Assembly: GCA_965222715.1 (NCBI GenBank)
Contig: OZ244961.1
Coordinates: 268,609-332,608 of the forward strand
DNA length: 64,000 bases
Reading direction: 5' to 3'
From: Minisyncoccota bacterium
GTDB taxonomy: Bacteria > Patescibacteriota > Minisyncoccia > Phycocordibacterales > JABMNX01
The first letter of the stretch is position 1; each line of letters begins with the position of its first letter. Positions 1 through 8,400 of the stretch are shown here, one piece after another. The position numbers and the translations under genes are program-made. The notes beneath the pieces are model-generated. The model saw nothing but the letters and a program-made list of their open reading frames with translations, had not been told where the DNA came from and searched no databases.

Positions 1-219
1 GTATCTAAAGATGAAATCTCAAAAATACAAATGTATTTAAAAAGGGAAGACGGCTGGTATGCTCATTTTTGGGACGGGGACGACGTTGTTGTGGTATTTC
101 GCGATAAAATGTTTAAAATTAAAGCGTCAGATAAATCCACTTGGAAGAACGCTATTGAATATGGCCTTTCAGTAGGGGTACCACTAGAGCAACTAGACTT
201 TTTAATCACTGAGGACTAA
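1..219 (+). CDS. Hypothetical protein, 5'-truncated by the window edge
   Basis: Frame is open from base 1 (VSKDEISKIQMYLKREDGWYAHFW...), ends at TAA 217-219 and is followed by a hairpin terminator. Confidence 0.7.
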   Translation, partial: VSKDEISKIQMYLKREDGWYAHFWDGDDVVVVFRDKMFKIKASDKSTWKNAIEYGLSVGVPLEQLDFLITED

Positions 220-247
220 TCATTAAATAACGAAGCTTTTAAGTCAA

Positions 248-280
248 AATAAACGCCAAGAGCACTCTTGGCGTTTATTT
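248..280. terminator. Intrinsic terminator, bidirectional-type
   Basis: aaataaacgccaagag-ca-ctcttggcgtttattt, perfect inverted repeat with A/T tails. Confidence 0.75.
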
Positions 281-303
281 TGTGTGTTACAATACGATAA
301 CTT

Positions 304-1149
304 ATGAGTGGATTCTATAAACCAGATCGAAAAGTTGATTGGAACTATGGTGGTCCACGGTGGCGCCTCTCTCGCTCAAAAATTGACCTCTTTATGGAGT
401 GTCCTCGGTGTTTTTGGATTGATAATAAACTTGGTACTGCGCGACCTCCAGGATATCCGTTTAACCTTAACAGTGCCGTCGACGCCCTCTTAAAGAAAGA
501 GTTTGATATTCATCGCGCTGATAAATCTGCACACCCAATTATGGAGCAGTATGGAGTAGATGCGGTGCCATTTGAACACAATATGATGGACACCTGGCGC
601 GAGAACTTCAAAGGTATTGAGACAAAACATGAATCAACCGGATTCACTATCTCTGGAGCAGTTGATGATATTTGGATAAACCCAGCGGGGGAACTTATTG
701 TTGTCGATTACAAATCAACCAGTAAAGACGCAAAAATCGAAGCACTCGACCAAGACTGGCACATTGGCTACAAACGACAAATGGAAGTCTATCAGTGGCT
801 CTTACGACAAAATGGATTTACAGTCTCAAACACTGGGTACTTTGTCTATGCAAACGCCTCAAAGGATAGAGAAGCGTTTGACGGCAAACTTGAGTTTGAA
901 GTAACGCTTGTGCCATACGAAGGAAACGACTCATGGATAGAACAGACACTCCTTGATATTAAAGCGTGCCTTGATAGTGAAACAATACCTCCGGTGGGAA
1001 ATGATTGCGATTACTGTACCTACAGAGAGTATGCTGGCAAAAAACTACAAAAGATTCATGCAGCAAAACTAGCTTCAACCAAAAAGCCAACAATAAAGAA
1101 AAAAATAGCGGAGAAAGTTGAAAAACCGGAAACTGATTCATTATTTTAA
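304..1149 (+). CDS. PD-(D/E)XK nuclease, Cas4/AddB-like with Cys cluster
   Basis: LSRSKID..CPRC at the N-terminus, GAVDD..IVVDYKS nuclease core, QMEVY motif, C-terminal CDYC. Confidence 0.8.
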   Translation: MSGFYKPDRKVDWNYGGPRWRLSRSKIDLFMECPRCFWIDNKLGTARPPGYPFNLNSAVDALLKKEFDIHRADKSAHPIMEQYGVDAVPFEHNMMDTWRENFKGIETKHESTGFTISGAVDDIWINPAGELIVVDYKSTSKDAKIEALDQDWHIGYKRQMEVYQWLLRQNGFTVSNTGYFVYANASKDREAFDGKLEFEVTLVPYEGNDSWIEQTLLDIKACLDSETIPPVGNDCDYCTYREYAGKKLQKIHAAKLASTKKPTIKKKIAEKVEKPETDSLF

Positions 1150-1151
1150 CT

Positions 1152-1607
1152 ATGCACGGACTAGATAATGAAAAACAAATATTCTTTTACGAACACGATT
1201 TTTATATATTCTCTAACTTCTCCTCTTTTGCAATTGAGTGGAAGGGTGATTTATGGATGACTTCAGAACATGTATACCAGGCTGAGAAGTTTGAAGACCC
1301 TACGATTAGAAAAGAAATACAAGAATGCCGTTCAGCGCACAATGCAATGAAAACTGCCCATAAACACAGAAGCGCCTATAGGGAAAATTGGGATAACTTA
1401 AAATTAGCTGTAATGAAAGAGATTTTGCATACCAAAGTAGAACAACACCCATATGTAAAAAAGAAATTACTTGAATCAGGAGATAAAGAACTTATTGAAA
1501 ACTCATGGAGAGATGATTATTGGGGTTGGGGTCCTAACAAGGACGGCGCGAATCATTTAGGAAAGTTGTGGATGCAGGTACGCGATGAGGTTCGTAATCA
1601 AAAATAA
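1152..1607 (+). CDS. NADAR (YbiA-like) family N-glycosidase
   Basis: FSNF, TSEHVYQAEKF, LIENSWRDDYWGWG and GANHLGKLWMQVR motifs typical of NADAR/YbiA. Confidence 0.9.
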   Translation: MHGLDNEKQIFFYEHDFYIFSNFSSFAIEWKGDLWMTSEHVYQAEKFEDPTIRKEIQECRSAHNAMKTAHKHRSAYRENWDNLKLAVMKEILHTKVEQHPYVKKKLLESGDKELIENSWRDDYWGWGPNKDGANHLGKLWMQVRDEVRNQK

Positions 1608-1610
1608 AAT

Positions 1611-1859
1611 ATGTTTAAAGAAAAAGTCTTAAACGTAGTGCGCAAGATTCCTAAAGGGAAGACACTTACGTATAAAGAAGTTGCTAAGAAAGCCGGTTCA
1701 CCAAATGCCTTTCGTGCAGTAGGAAGTATCATGAAAGCAAACTACGACGAGACCGTACCGTGTCACCGAGTCATTAAGTCTGATGGTTCGCTTGGTAACT
1801 ACAATCGCGGAGGAGCTAGTGTAAAACAAAATATACTCAAGAAAGAAGGAGCGCTCTAG
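1611..1859 (+). CDS. ogt: Methylated-DNA-protein-cysteine methyltransferase (single-domain MGMT/Ogt)
   Basis: IPKGKTLTYKEVA, RAVG and active-site PCHRV. Confidence 0.85.
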   Translation: MFKEKVLNVVRKIPKGKTLTYKEVAKKAGSPNAFRAVGSIMKANYDETVPCHRVIKSDGSLGNYNRGGASVKQNILKKEGAL

Positions 1860-2536
1860 TTGCACCAGTCAATCTCTTTTTCCCCGTGTTCTTTTAAGTA
1901 TTCATTTGCGAGTTTGAAATGGTTATTACCAAAAAAACCTCGATGTGCAGAAAGAGGAGATGGATGTGGTGAAGTGAGTACACAGTGTTCAAACTGGTCA
2001 ATAAGTTCTGCCTTGTTACCTGCAAAAGATCCCCAAAGTAAAAAAACAACATTTTCACAGTTTTCTGAGACGGCTTTTATAACCGCATCAGTAAATATAT
2101 GCCACCCATAATCAGCATGGGAATTTGCTTCACTCTTTCGTACTGAGAGTGATGCGTTTAGTAGAAGGACACCTTGTTTAGCCCAGCGAGTGAGATCAGG
2201 GTCGTGATTACACTTTTTGCAGTATTCAGAATCTATTTCTTGAAAAACATTTTTGAGTGATGGAGGGATATAATTTTCTTGCTGAGTAGAGAACGCGAGA
2301 CCGTCGGCAACTCTCGGAGTGTGATACGGGTCTTGCCCTAAAATTACCACTTTAATATCTTCTGGTTTACAGAGTTCAAATGCACGAAAGATTTTCTGTG
2401 GAGAAGGGTAGACTGTTTTCTTAAGATACTCATCACGTACCTTTTGGGTGAGTTCAGTAAAGTACCCCTTTTCAAATTCAGGAGCGAGAAGCTTTTTCCA
2501 TTCTTCCGGTATTTTTACCTGTTCAATATTTGTCAT
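1856..2536 (-). CDS. ung: Uracil-DNA glycosylase, family 1
   Basis: GQDPYH, PPSLKN, GVLLLN and HPSPLSAHRGF motifs. Confidence 0.95.
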   Translation of the reverse strand: MTNIEQVKIPEEWKKLLAPEFEKGYFTELTQKVRDEYLKKTVYPSPQKIFRAFELCKPEDIKVVILGQDPYHTPRVADGLAFSTQQENYIPPSLKNVFQEIDSEYCKKCNHDPDLTRWAKQGVLLLNASLSVRKSEANSHADYGWHIFTDAVIKAVSENCENVVFLLWGSFAGNKAELIDQFEHCVLTSPHPSPLSAHRGFFGNNHFKLANEYLKEHGEKEIDWCN

Positions 2537-2578
2537 GTTTTGTTAGTGTACCTCAGATTTGCTATGATTGGTTCTATT

Positions 2579-3145
2579 ATGCACTCAGAAACTATTGAAA
2601 AGGCAATACATAAGGCCTCAATTCTCCACAGAGATCAGGTACGAAAAGGTGAAGATGAGCTCCCATACATCACCCACCTCTTCTCTGTGTTCACTATCCT
2701 TGCAGGACACACAAAAGATGAAGATGTGCTTATTTCAGGGCTTCTTCACGACACGCTTGAGGATACACACTATACTCCAGAGGAGCTCGAGCAAGATTTT
2801 GGTGCACGAGTTCGTGAAATTGTTGAGGGAGTGACAGAAAAAAAAGAAGTTGATGGGAAAAAACTTGAGTGGGGAGAGCGCAAGAAAGCGTACATAGAAG
2901 GACTACGGAATGCATCAAAAGAGTCACTCATGGTTGCGGCTGCAGATAAAACACACAACTTTCGCTCTATTCTTAATGAGTTTGGAGGTAAGAAGCAAGA
3001 ATTTTCAAATCATTTCTCACTTGAAGATCGGGTAAAATTCTATGGCACTATTGTTGAAGTAATTTCAGAGCGACTCGGCGACATTCCACTTGTTCAGACT
3101 CTGCGAGCGACGTATGATGAGTACGAAGCATTCCTAACTAACTAA
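2579..3145 (+). CDS. HD-domain hydrolase, small alarmone hydrolase (Mesh1/SpoT-HD-like); alternative start 2564
   Basis: HRDQVRK...PYITH, LLHDTLEDT and ADKTHN motifs; no synthetase domain. Confidence 0.8.
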   Translation: MHSETIEKAIHKASILHRDQVRKGEDELPYITHLFSVFTILAGHTKDEDVLISGLLHDTLEDTHYTPEELEQDFGARVREIVEGVTEKKEVDGKKLEWGERKKAYIEGLRNASKESLMVAAADKTHNFRSILNEFGGKKQEFSNHFSLEDRVKFYGTIVEVISERLGDIPLVQTLRATYDEYEAFLTN

Positions 3146-3147
3146 TT

Positions 3148-3567
3148 ATGTGGTTACTTTACGCATTTCTCTCCGCAATTATGGCAGCCCTTGTTGCCAT
3201 CTTTGCCAAACTAGGACTTGAAGATATCGACTCAACACTTGCTACGACTATTCGTGGCATTATCATGGCAGGATTTTTGGTTATTGTGAGCTTTTTCTTG
3301 AATAAGTTTGATGGATTTTCGCTTACAAGTTTTGGTTCAAAAGAATGGCTTCTTATTATCGCGGCAGGTATTGCTGGGGCGCTCTCATGGCTTTTCTACT
3401 TTGTAGCGTTAAAGAGTGGTGCCGCGTCAGGGGTTGTTGCTATTGATCGCCTTAGTATTGTGTTCGTGGTCCTTCTTGCAGCGCTCTTTCTTGGAGAAGC
3501 ACTTGGGTGGAAAGCTGTTCTCGGGGCTCTTCTTATGATGGCAGGAGCTATTTTAATAACACTGTAA
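3148..3567 (+). CDS. EamA/DMT family transporter (single repeat)
   Basis: Five hydrophobic helices; ALVAIFAKLG, SWLFYFVALK and IDRLS motifs. Confidence 0.85.
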   Translation: MWLLYAFLSAIMAALVAIFAKLGLEDIDSTLATTIRGIIMAGFLVIVSFFLNKFDGFSLTSFGSKEWLLIIAAGIAGALSWLFYFVALKSGAASGVVAIDRLSIVFVVLLAALFLGEALGWKAVLGALLMMAGAILITL

Positions 3568-3577
3568 TACGTTATAT

Positions 3578-5344
3578 ATGAAAAAAAAGATACACACAGA
3601 ATGGGATTTAAGTCGATTGTATTCTTCTCCCCAAGACCCTCAAATAGAGAAGGATGTACGAAGCGCAGAGCGTGCTTATGCACAGTTTGCTAAAAAACAT
3701 GCTCATACACGCGCGTTTTTAAAAAATGAAAAAGCCCTTCTTGTGGCACTTCAAGATGAAGAACGGTTAGCTGAAAAAGCATCTCTTGGATCAAAGGCTA
3801 TTGACTACTTTGCATATCGACACGAGTTAAATAGTTTTGATACACAAGCAGAAGCTATGATGACCCAACTAAGCAACCGTCTTACAAAAGCTTCTAATGA
3901 AGTACTCTTTTTTGATCTTGCGATAGGCTCTCTTGATGTAAAAACACAGAAAAAATTCCTCAAAAGCCCAATTTTGAAAAAATATCACTATGCACTGAAA
4001 CGACTCTTTCTCGAGAGCGCATACCAACTTTCTGAAAAAGAAGAGAAAATTATGTCACTAAAGTCACTACCCGCGAGTGCAATGTGGGTAAGCGGACGCG
4101 AGAAAGCAGAAAACAAACTCACTATCCCATATAAAAAGAAGTTAGTACCGATTGCTGAGGCACTTAATATGATTGCCGATTTACCCACAAAGGAACGTCG
4201 AGAGGTACATACCCAATGCATGCAAGCGCTTAAGGGTGTATCTGATTTTGCTGAGAGTGAGATGAATGCAGTCTATACAAATAAGAAGATAAATGATGAG
4301 CTTCGCGGATTTAAAAAACCATATTCAGCAACTATTCTTGGCTATGAAAACGAAGAAAAGAGTATCGAAAATCTAGTTACGACAGTGAGTAAAGACTTTT
4401 CTACTAGTAGAGAGTTTTACACCTTAAAAAAGAAACTGCTTAAGCTGAAAGACTTTGGATATGCTGACCGAGCTGTTTCAATTGGTGAAGTTAAAAAGAC
4501 ATTTACCTTTGAAGAGTCATACAACATTCTTCGAGAAATTTTCTATGGACTAGGTAAAGAGTATGGAGAAATTCTTGATCGGTTTGTACAAAATGGGCAC
4601 ATTGATGCATTTCCCAAAAAAGGAAAGAGTGGAGGTGCATACTGTTCGTCTGATCACGCTACCCCAACATTAGTACTTCTCAACCATACCCCTTCATATA
4701 AGTCACTTATGACCTTTGCACATGAAATGGGTCATGCAATTCATTCTGAATTAAGTAAAAAACAGGGAATTTTGTATGAGCACTACACAACTTCGGTTGC
4801 AGAGACAGCAAGTACTTTTTTCGAGGCCGCTGTATTCAATGCTATTTTTGATACACTGTCTCCTAAAGAAAAAGTTATTGCATTGCATGACAAAATTCAT
4901 GGAGATATTTCAACAATCTATCGACAAATTGCATTCTTTAATTTTGAACTTGAACTACATAAAAGAGTGCGAGCTGAAGGTTTTGTATCAAAGGAAGATA
5001 TTGCAAAACTCCTTAATGAGCACATGAAAGAGTACATTGGTCCCTCAATGAAATTTACTGATGATGATGGATATTTCTTTGTAACCGTATCTCATTTTAG
5101 GAGACCGTTTTACGTGTATTCATATACATACGGGCAATTAATCAGTAAGGCACTCTACGAAGAATATCGAAAGAACCCACAGTTTATAGAGAAAATAAAC
5201 AAGTTCCTTTCAGCGGGTGGAAGTATGAGTCCGGAAGATATTTTTGGATCAATTGGACTTGATACACATAAACCAAAAATATTTAAAGACGGGCTTTCAA
5301 GTATTAAACGAGATATAGCTGAGCTTAAAAAGCTCACTCGCTAA
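3578..5344 (+). CDS. pepF: Oligoendopeptidase F, M3 family
   Basis: WDLSRLY N-terminus, GKSGGAY, HEMGH zinc motif, AETAS, FYVYSY. Confidence 0.9.
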   Translation: MKKKIHTEWDLSRLYSSPQDPQIEKDVRSAERAYAQFAKKHAHTRAFLKNEKALLVALQDEERLAEKASLGSKAIDYFAYRHELNSFDTQAEAMMTQLSNRLTKASNEVLFFDLAIGSLDVKTQKKFLKSPILKKYHYALKRLFLESAYQLSEKEEKIMSLKSLPASAMWVSGREKAENKLTIPYKKKLVPIAEALNMIADLPTKERREVHTQCMQALKGVSDFAESEMNAVYTNKKINDELRGFKKPYSATILGYENEEKSIENLVTTVSKDFSTSREFYTLKKKLLKLKDFGYADRAVSIGEVKKTFTFEESYNILREIFYGLGKEYGEILDRFVQNGHIDAFPKKGKSGGAYCSSDHATPTLVLLNHTPSYKSLMTFAHEMGHAIHSELSKKQGILYEHYTTSVAETASTFFEAAVFNAIFDTLSPKEKVIALHDKIHGDISTIYRQIAFFNFELELHKRVRAEGFVSKEDIAKLLNEHMKEYIGPSMKFTDDDGYFFVTVSHFRRPFYVYSYTYGQLISKALYEEYRKNPQFIEKINKFLSAGGSMSPEDIFGSIGLDTHKPKIFKDGLSSIKRDIAELKKLTR

Positions 5345-5386
5345 ATTGACGATTGTCTTGTATTCACTACTATACATCCTTTATCT

Positions 5387-6007
5387 ATGAGCAGTTCAAA
5401 AGTCTCTAACAAAAGAAAAATTATTATTGGTATACAGGGTGGTGTGGGTAGCTTTAATGAAGAGGCTTGCCGTTCCTATTGTGAAAAGAACAATATCCTC
5501 AAGTACGACATACGCTACCTATATACCACTGTTGGTGTTCTTAAAGCACTCCATAATAAAAAAATTGATCGAGGTATGTTTGCGATTGAAAATACACTTG
5601 GCGGAACGGTTATGGAGACAATTAACGCACTTTCTCGATACAACTGTAAAATTCTTGACCAGCACTGGGTAAATATTAGCCACACATTGTATGCTCAAGA
5701 GGGAGCAACAATAAAAAGTGTTAAAGCAATCATGTCTCATCCACAAGTATTTGCGCAGTGTAGAAAAACCCTTCTACGCAAATATAAAGATAAAAAATTA
5801 ATTGTTGGAGAAGGGAAGTTGGTAGACCAATCAACAGCAGCCCGAGCCTTGGCAGAAGGGAAGTTACCAAAATCAACAGCTGTTCTTGCGCCACCGATGT
5901 GTCGGGAGCACTACCCAAACCTCACCATTCTTGATAAGGGGTTGCGAGATAAGAAAGATAACCACACCCTCTTTTTATTCGTGGGTCGATTTAATGGTAT
6001 TTCGTAG
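5387..6007 (+). CDS. Prephenate dehydratase-like catalytic domain without ACT domain
   Basis: IQGGVGSFNEEA, AIENTLGG, SHPQVFAQC, STAAR; NHTLF in place of NxTRF. Confidence 0.75.
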   Translation: MSSSKVSNKRKIIIGIQGGVGSFNEEACRSYCEKNNILKYDIRYLYTTVGVLKALHNKKIDRGMFAIENTLGGTVMETINALSRYNCKILDQHWVNISHTLYAQEGATIKSVKAIMSHPQVFAQCRKTLLRKYKDKKLIVGEGKLVDQSTAARALAEGKLPKSTAVLAPPMCREHYPNLTILDKGLRDKKDNHTLFLFVGRFNGIS

Positions 6008-6033
6008 TGTGCTATACTCGGAGCAACATGGAT

Positions 6034-6149
6034 CCCGTTAGAGATTACGGTCATGAGATGTATTATAAACAACATGAACAAGGGTCGAGAGCAGATTTAT
6101 AGAGTACTAATTAGACAAGGTGCGTCGATCGTGACCTGTCTCTAACGGG
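6034..6149. mobile_element. 116-bp MITE-like element with terminal inverted repeats, flanked by a 6-bp ATGGAT direct repeat
   Basis: cccgttagaga(ttac)ggtca ... tgacc(tg)tctctaacggg; ATGGAT at 6028-6033 and 6150-6155. Confidence 0.65.
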
Positions 6150-6365
6150 ATGGATTTACTTTTTTGGGGTCTCACACTAGGTATTGTCGGCAAGGTCATT
6201 CTTGGCCTCACTGTAGTTAGTGTGCATTGGAAAATTGTAAAAGAACATAAAATAGATGGCGCCGTCCTCAAGGAAATGCGGAAAGAGCGCAACTTTGCAA
6301 TTGCTGGTATCGTTTTTATGGTTTTGGGATATATTCTTGAGGTGCTGTTTTATGACTTCTTCTGA
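6150..6365 (+). CDS. Small two-TM membrane protein; stop overlaps alaS start
   Basis: 71-aa ORF with two hydrophobic helices, translationally coupled to alaS. Confidence 0.65.
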   Translation: MDLLFWGLTLGIVGKVILGLTVVSVHWKIVKEHKIDGAVLKEMRKERNFAIAGIVFMVLGYILEVLFYDFF

Positions 6366-8307
6366 GATACGAGAGAAATATTTTAATTTTATGAAAAAAC
6401 AGGGGCATGAAATAATCCCTTCAGCCTCACTGCGTCCAGAAAATGATCCAACAACGCTCTTTACTGGTTCTGGGATGCAACCACTATTACCATATCTCCT
6501 TGGTGAGAGTCATCCAAAAGGAGTTCGTTTAGCAGATTCTCAAAAATGCTTTCGTGCAGAAGACATTGAAGAGGTTGGTGATAACCGACACACGACCTTC
6601 TTTGAAATGCTTGGGAACTGGTCACTTGGGGACTACTTTAAAGAAGAACAGCTCAAGTGGTTTTTTGAATTTCTTACCAAGGAAGTTGGGCTGGATCCTC
6701 AAAAGCTTTATGTAACCGCGTTTGCTGGGGATACAAGTCTTAATATACCCAAAGATACTCAGTCAGCTGAGATTTGGAAAGAACTCTTCTCATCAGTTGG
6801 AATTGATGCTACTGACGTTGTTGTTGGTTCTGAAGAAGACGGCTACTCACGAGGAATGAAGGAAGGCGAGCGTATCTTTTATTACGACGCAAAGAAAAAC
6901 TGGTGGAGCCGTGCTGGGGTTCCCGAGAACATGCCAGCTGGAGAGCCAGGGGGGCCAGACTCCGAAGTTTTTTATGATTTTGGTACGGAGCACGACCCGC
7001 GCTTTGGAGAGCATTGTCATCCAAACTGTGATTGTGGTCGATTTATGGAGATTGGAAATTCTGTCTTTATGGAATACCTTAAGGAAGACGACGGTTCGTT
7101 TACTCCACTTCCACAGAAAAACGTAGACTTTGGTGGTGGACTCGAACGGATTACTGCCGCTTCGAATAAAAACCCTGACGTCTTTAAAATAGATATCTTT
7201 GAAAAAATAACTACTAAATTAGAAGACCTTTCAGGCACATCAAAGGTATACAATGAAAGTGAAGAGGTGAGAAAATCTTTTAGAGTCATAGCTGACCACT
7301 TTAGAGCACTGATATTTATGTTGGGCGATGGAGTTGTTCCCTCAAAGAAGGATGCTGGATATTTTGTGAGGCGCCTAATTCGTTCAGCAAGGCGCCATGC
7401 AGCAACTTTGGCTATTGATGAAAATAGGCTAATTGAGTTGGTTGATGTAATTATAAAAGAATATGGTCAAGTTTATCCTAACTTGATTAAAAATAGAGAT
7501 CTCATAAATGATTGTGTGGAGAAAGAAATAACTCTCGCAACTAAAGCTATCCAGCAAGCAAATCAAGTAGCGTTACCGTTATTGAAATTAATGGTTGAAG
7601 GTCAGCCAGTACCTCAGTATTTAGATGAAGATGACATGAAGAAGGTGTTTAGTTTGCACGACACTCACGGTATGGCTTTCGATGAAATAATTGAAACAAT
7701 GAATGGTTTAAGGATAGATGCTGGTTTTTCTTCCCTAAACCCCAAACAAGAAGAGAAGATATTAAACAGTCTGAACAAACTTAAAGAAGAACACAGAAAA
7801 GTCTCGCGTGCAGGTGCTGAACAGAAATTTAAAGGAGGTCTTGCTGATCATGGAGAGAAAACGGTGCAATACCACACTGCGACACACTTACTCCTCGCAG
7901 GGCTTCGTAAGGAGCTTGGTAATCATGTACATCAAGCAGGCTCTAATATTACTGGGGAACGCATTCGTTTTGACTTTACCCATCCTGAGAAAGTCGATAA
8001 AGAAGCACAGGCTCGTGTGGAAGAATTTGTAAATAATGCAATCCAAGCTGGTGCACATGTTGAAATTGAGACCATAAAAAAGGTTGACGCTGAGAATGAT
8101 CCAACAGTTGAGGGAAGTTTTTGGGAGAAATATCCAGAGGAAGTAAAGGTGTACACTATAAAAGACGATAATGGTGTTGTGTACTCTCGTGAATTATGTG
8201 GAGGTCCTCATGTAGAAAGCACAAGCGAACTTACAGGAACATTTAGAATAACAAAAGAAGAAGCAAGCTCTGCTGGGGTGCGACGTATAAAAGCAGTACT
8301 TGAATAA
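6352..8307 (+). CDS. alaS: Alanine--tRNA ligase, short form lacking C-Ala
   Basis: DPTTLFTGSGMQP, HTTFFEMLGNWS, DFGGGLER, editing motifs HTATH and ELCGGPH, ends GVRRIKA; start set at ATG 6352. Confidence 0.95.
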   Translation: MTSSEIREKYFNFMKKQGHEIIPSASLRPENDPTTLFTGSGMQPLLPYLLGESHPKGVRLADSQKCFRAEDIEEVGDNRHTTFFEMLGNWSLGDYFKEEQLKWFFEFLTKEVGLDPQKLYVTAFAGDTSLNIPKDTQSAEIWKELFSSVGIDATDVVVGSEEDGYSRGMKEGERIFYYDAKKNWWSRAGVPENMPAGEPGGPDSEVFYDFGTEHDPRFGEHCHPNCDCGRFMEIGNSVFMEYLKEDDGSFTPLPQKNVDFGGGLERITAASNKNPDVFKIDIFEKITTKLEDLSGTSKVYNESEEVRKSFRVIADHFRALIFMLGDGVVPSKKDAGYFVRRLIRSARRHAATLAIDENRLIELVDVIIKEYGQVYPNLIKNRDLINDCVEKEITLATKAIQQANQVALPLLKLMVEGQPVPQYLDEDDMKKVFSLHDTHGMAFDEIIETMNGLRIDAGFSSLNPKQEEKILNSLNKLKEEHRKVSRAGAEQKFKGGLADHGEKTVQYHTATHLLLAGLRKELGNHVHQAGSNITGERIRFDFTHPEKVDKEAQARVEEFVNNAIQAGAHVEIETIKKVDAENDPTVEGSFWEKYPEEVKVYTIKDDNGVVYSRELCGGPHVESTSELTGTFRITKEEASSAGVRRIKAVLE

Positions 8308-8400
8308 AAACACCAAAAACTCATGGTGTTTTTTGATTTTTCTACACTAGTTAGTAAGATATGTTTTTAACTTTTGTCTTTTGACTTTATACTAAAGGAT

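Noticed and set aside
304-1149. Cas4-like gene as evidence of a CRISPR-Cas locus
   Set aside because: No cas1/cas2 and no repeat-spacer array seen anywhere in the window; stand-alone PD-(D/E)XK proteins are common
6028-6149. T-box riboswitch upstream of alaS
   Set aside because: No T-box consensus (TGGNACCGCG) or terminator/antiterminator; terminal inverted repeats plus a target duplication fit an insertion better
6256-6351. Longer N-terminus of alaS given by the ORF track
   Set aside because: It overlaps the 71-aa membrane gene; AlaRS homology starts at MTSSEIR (6352)
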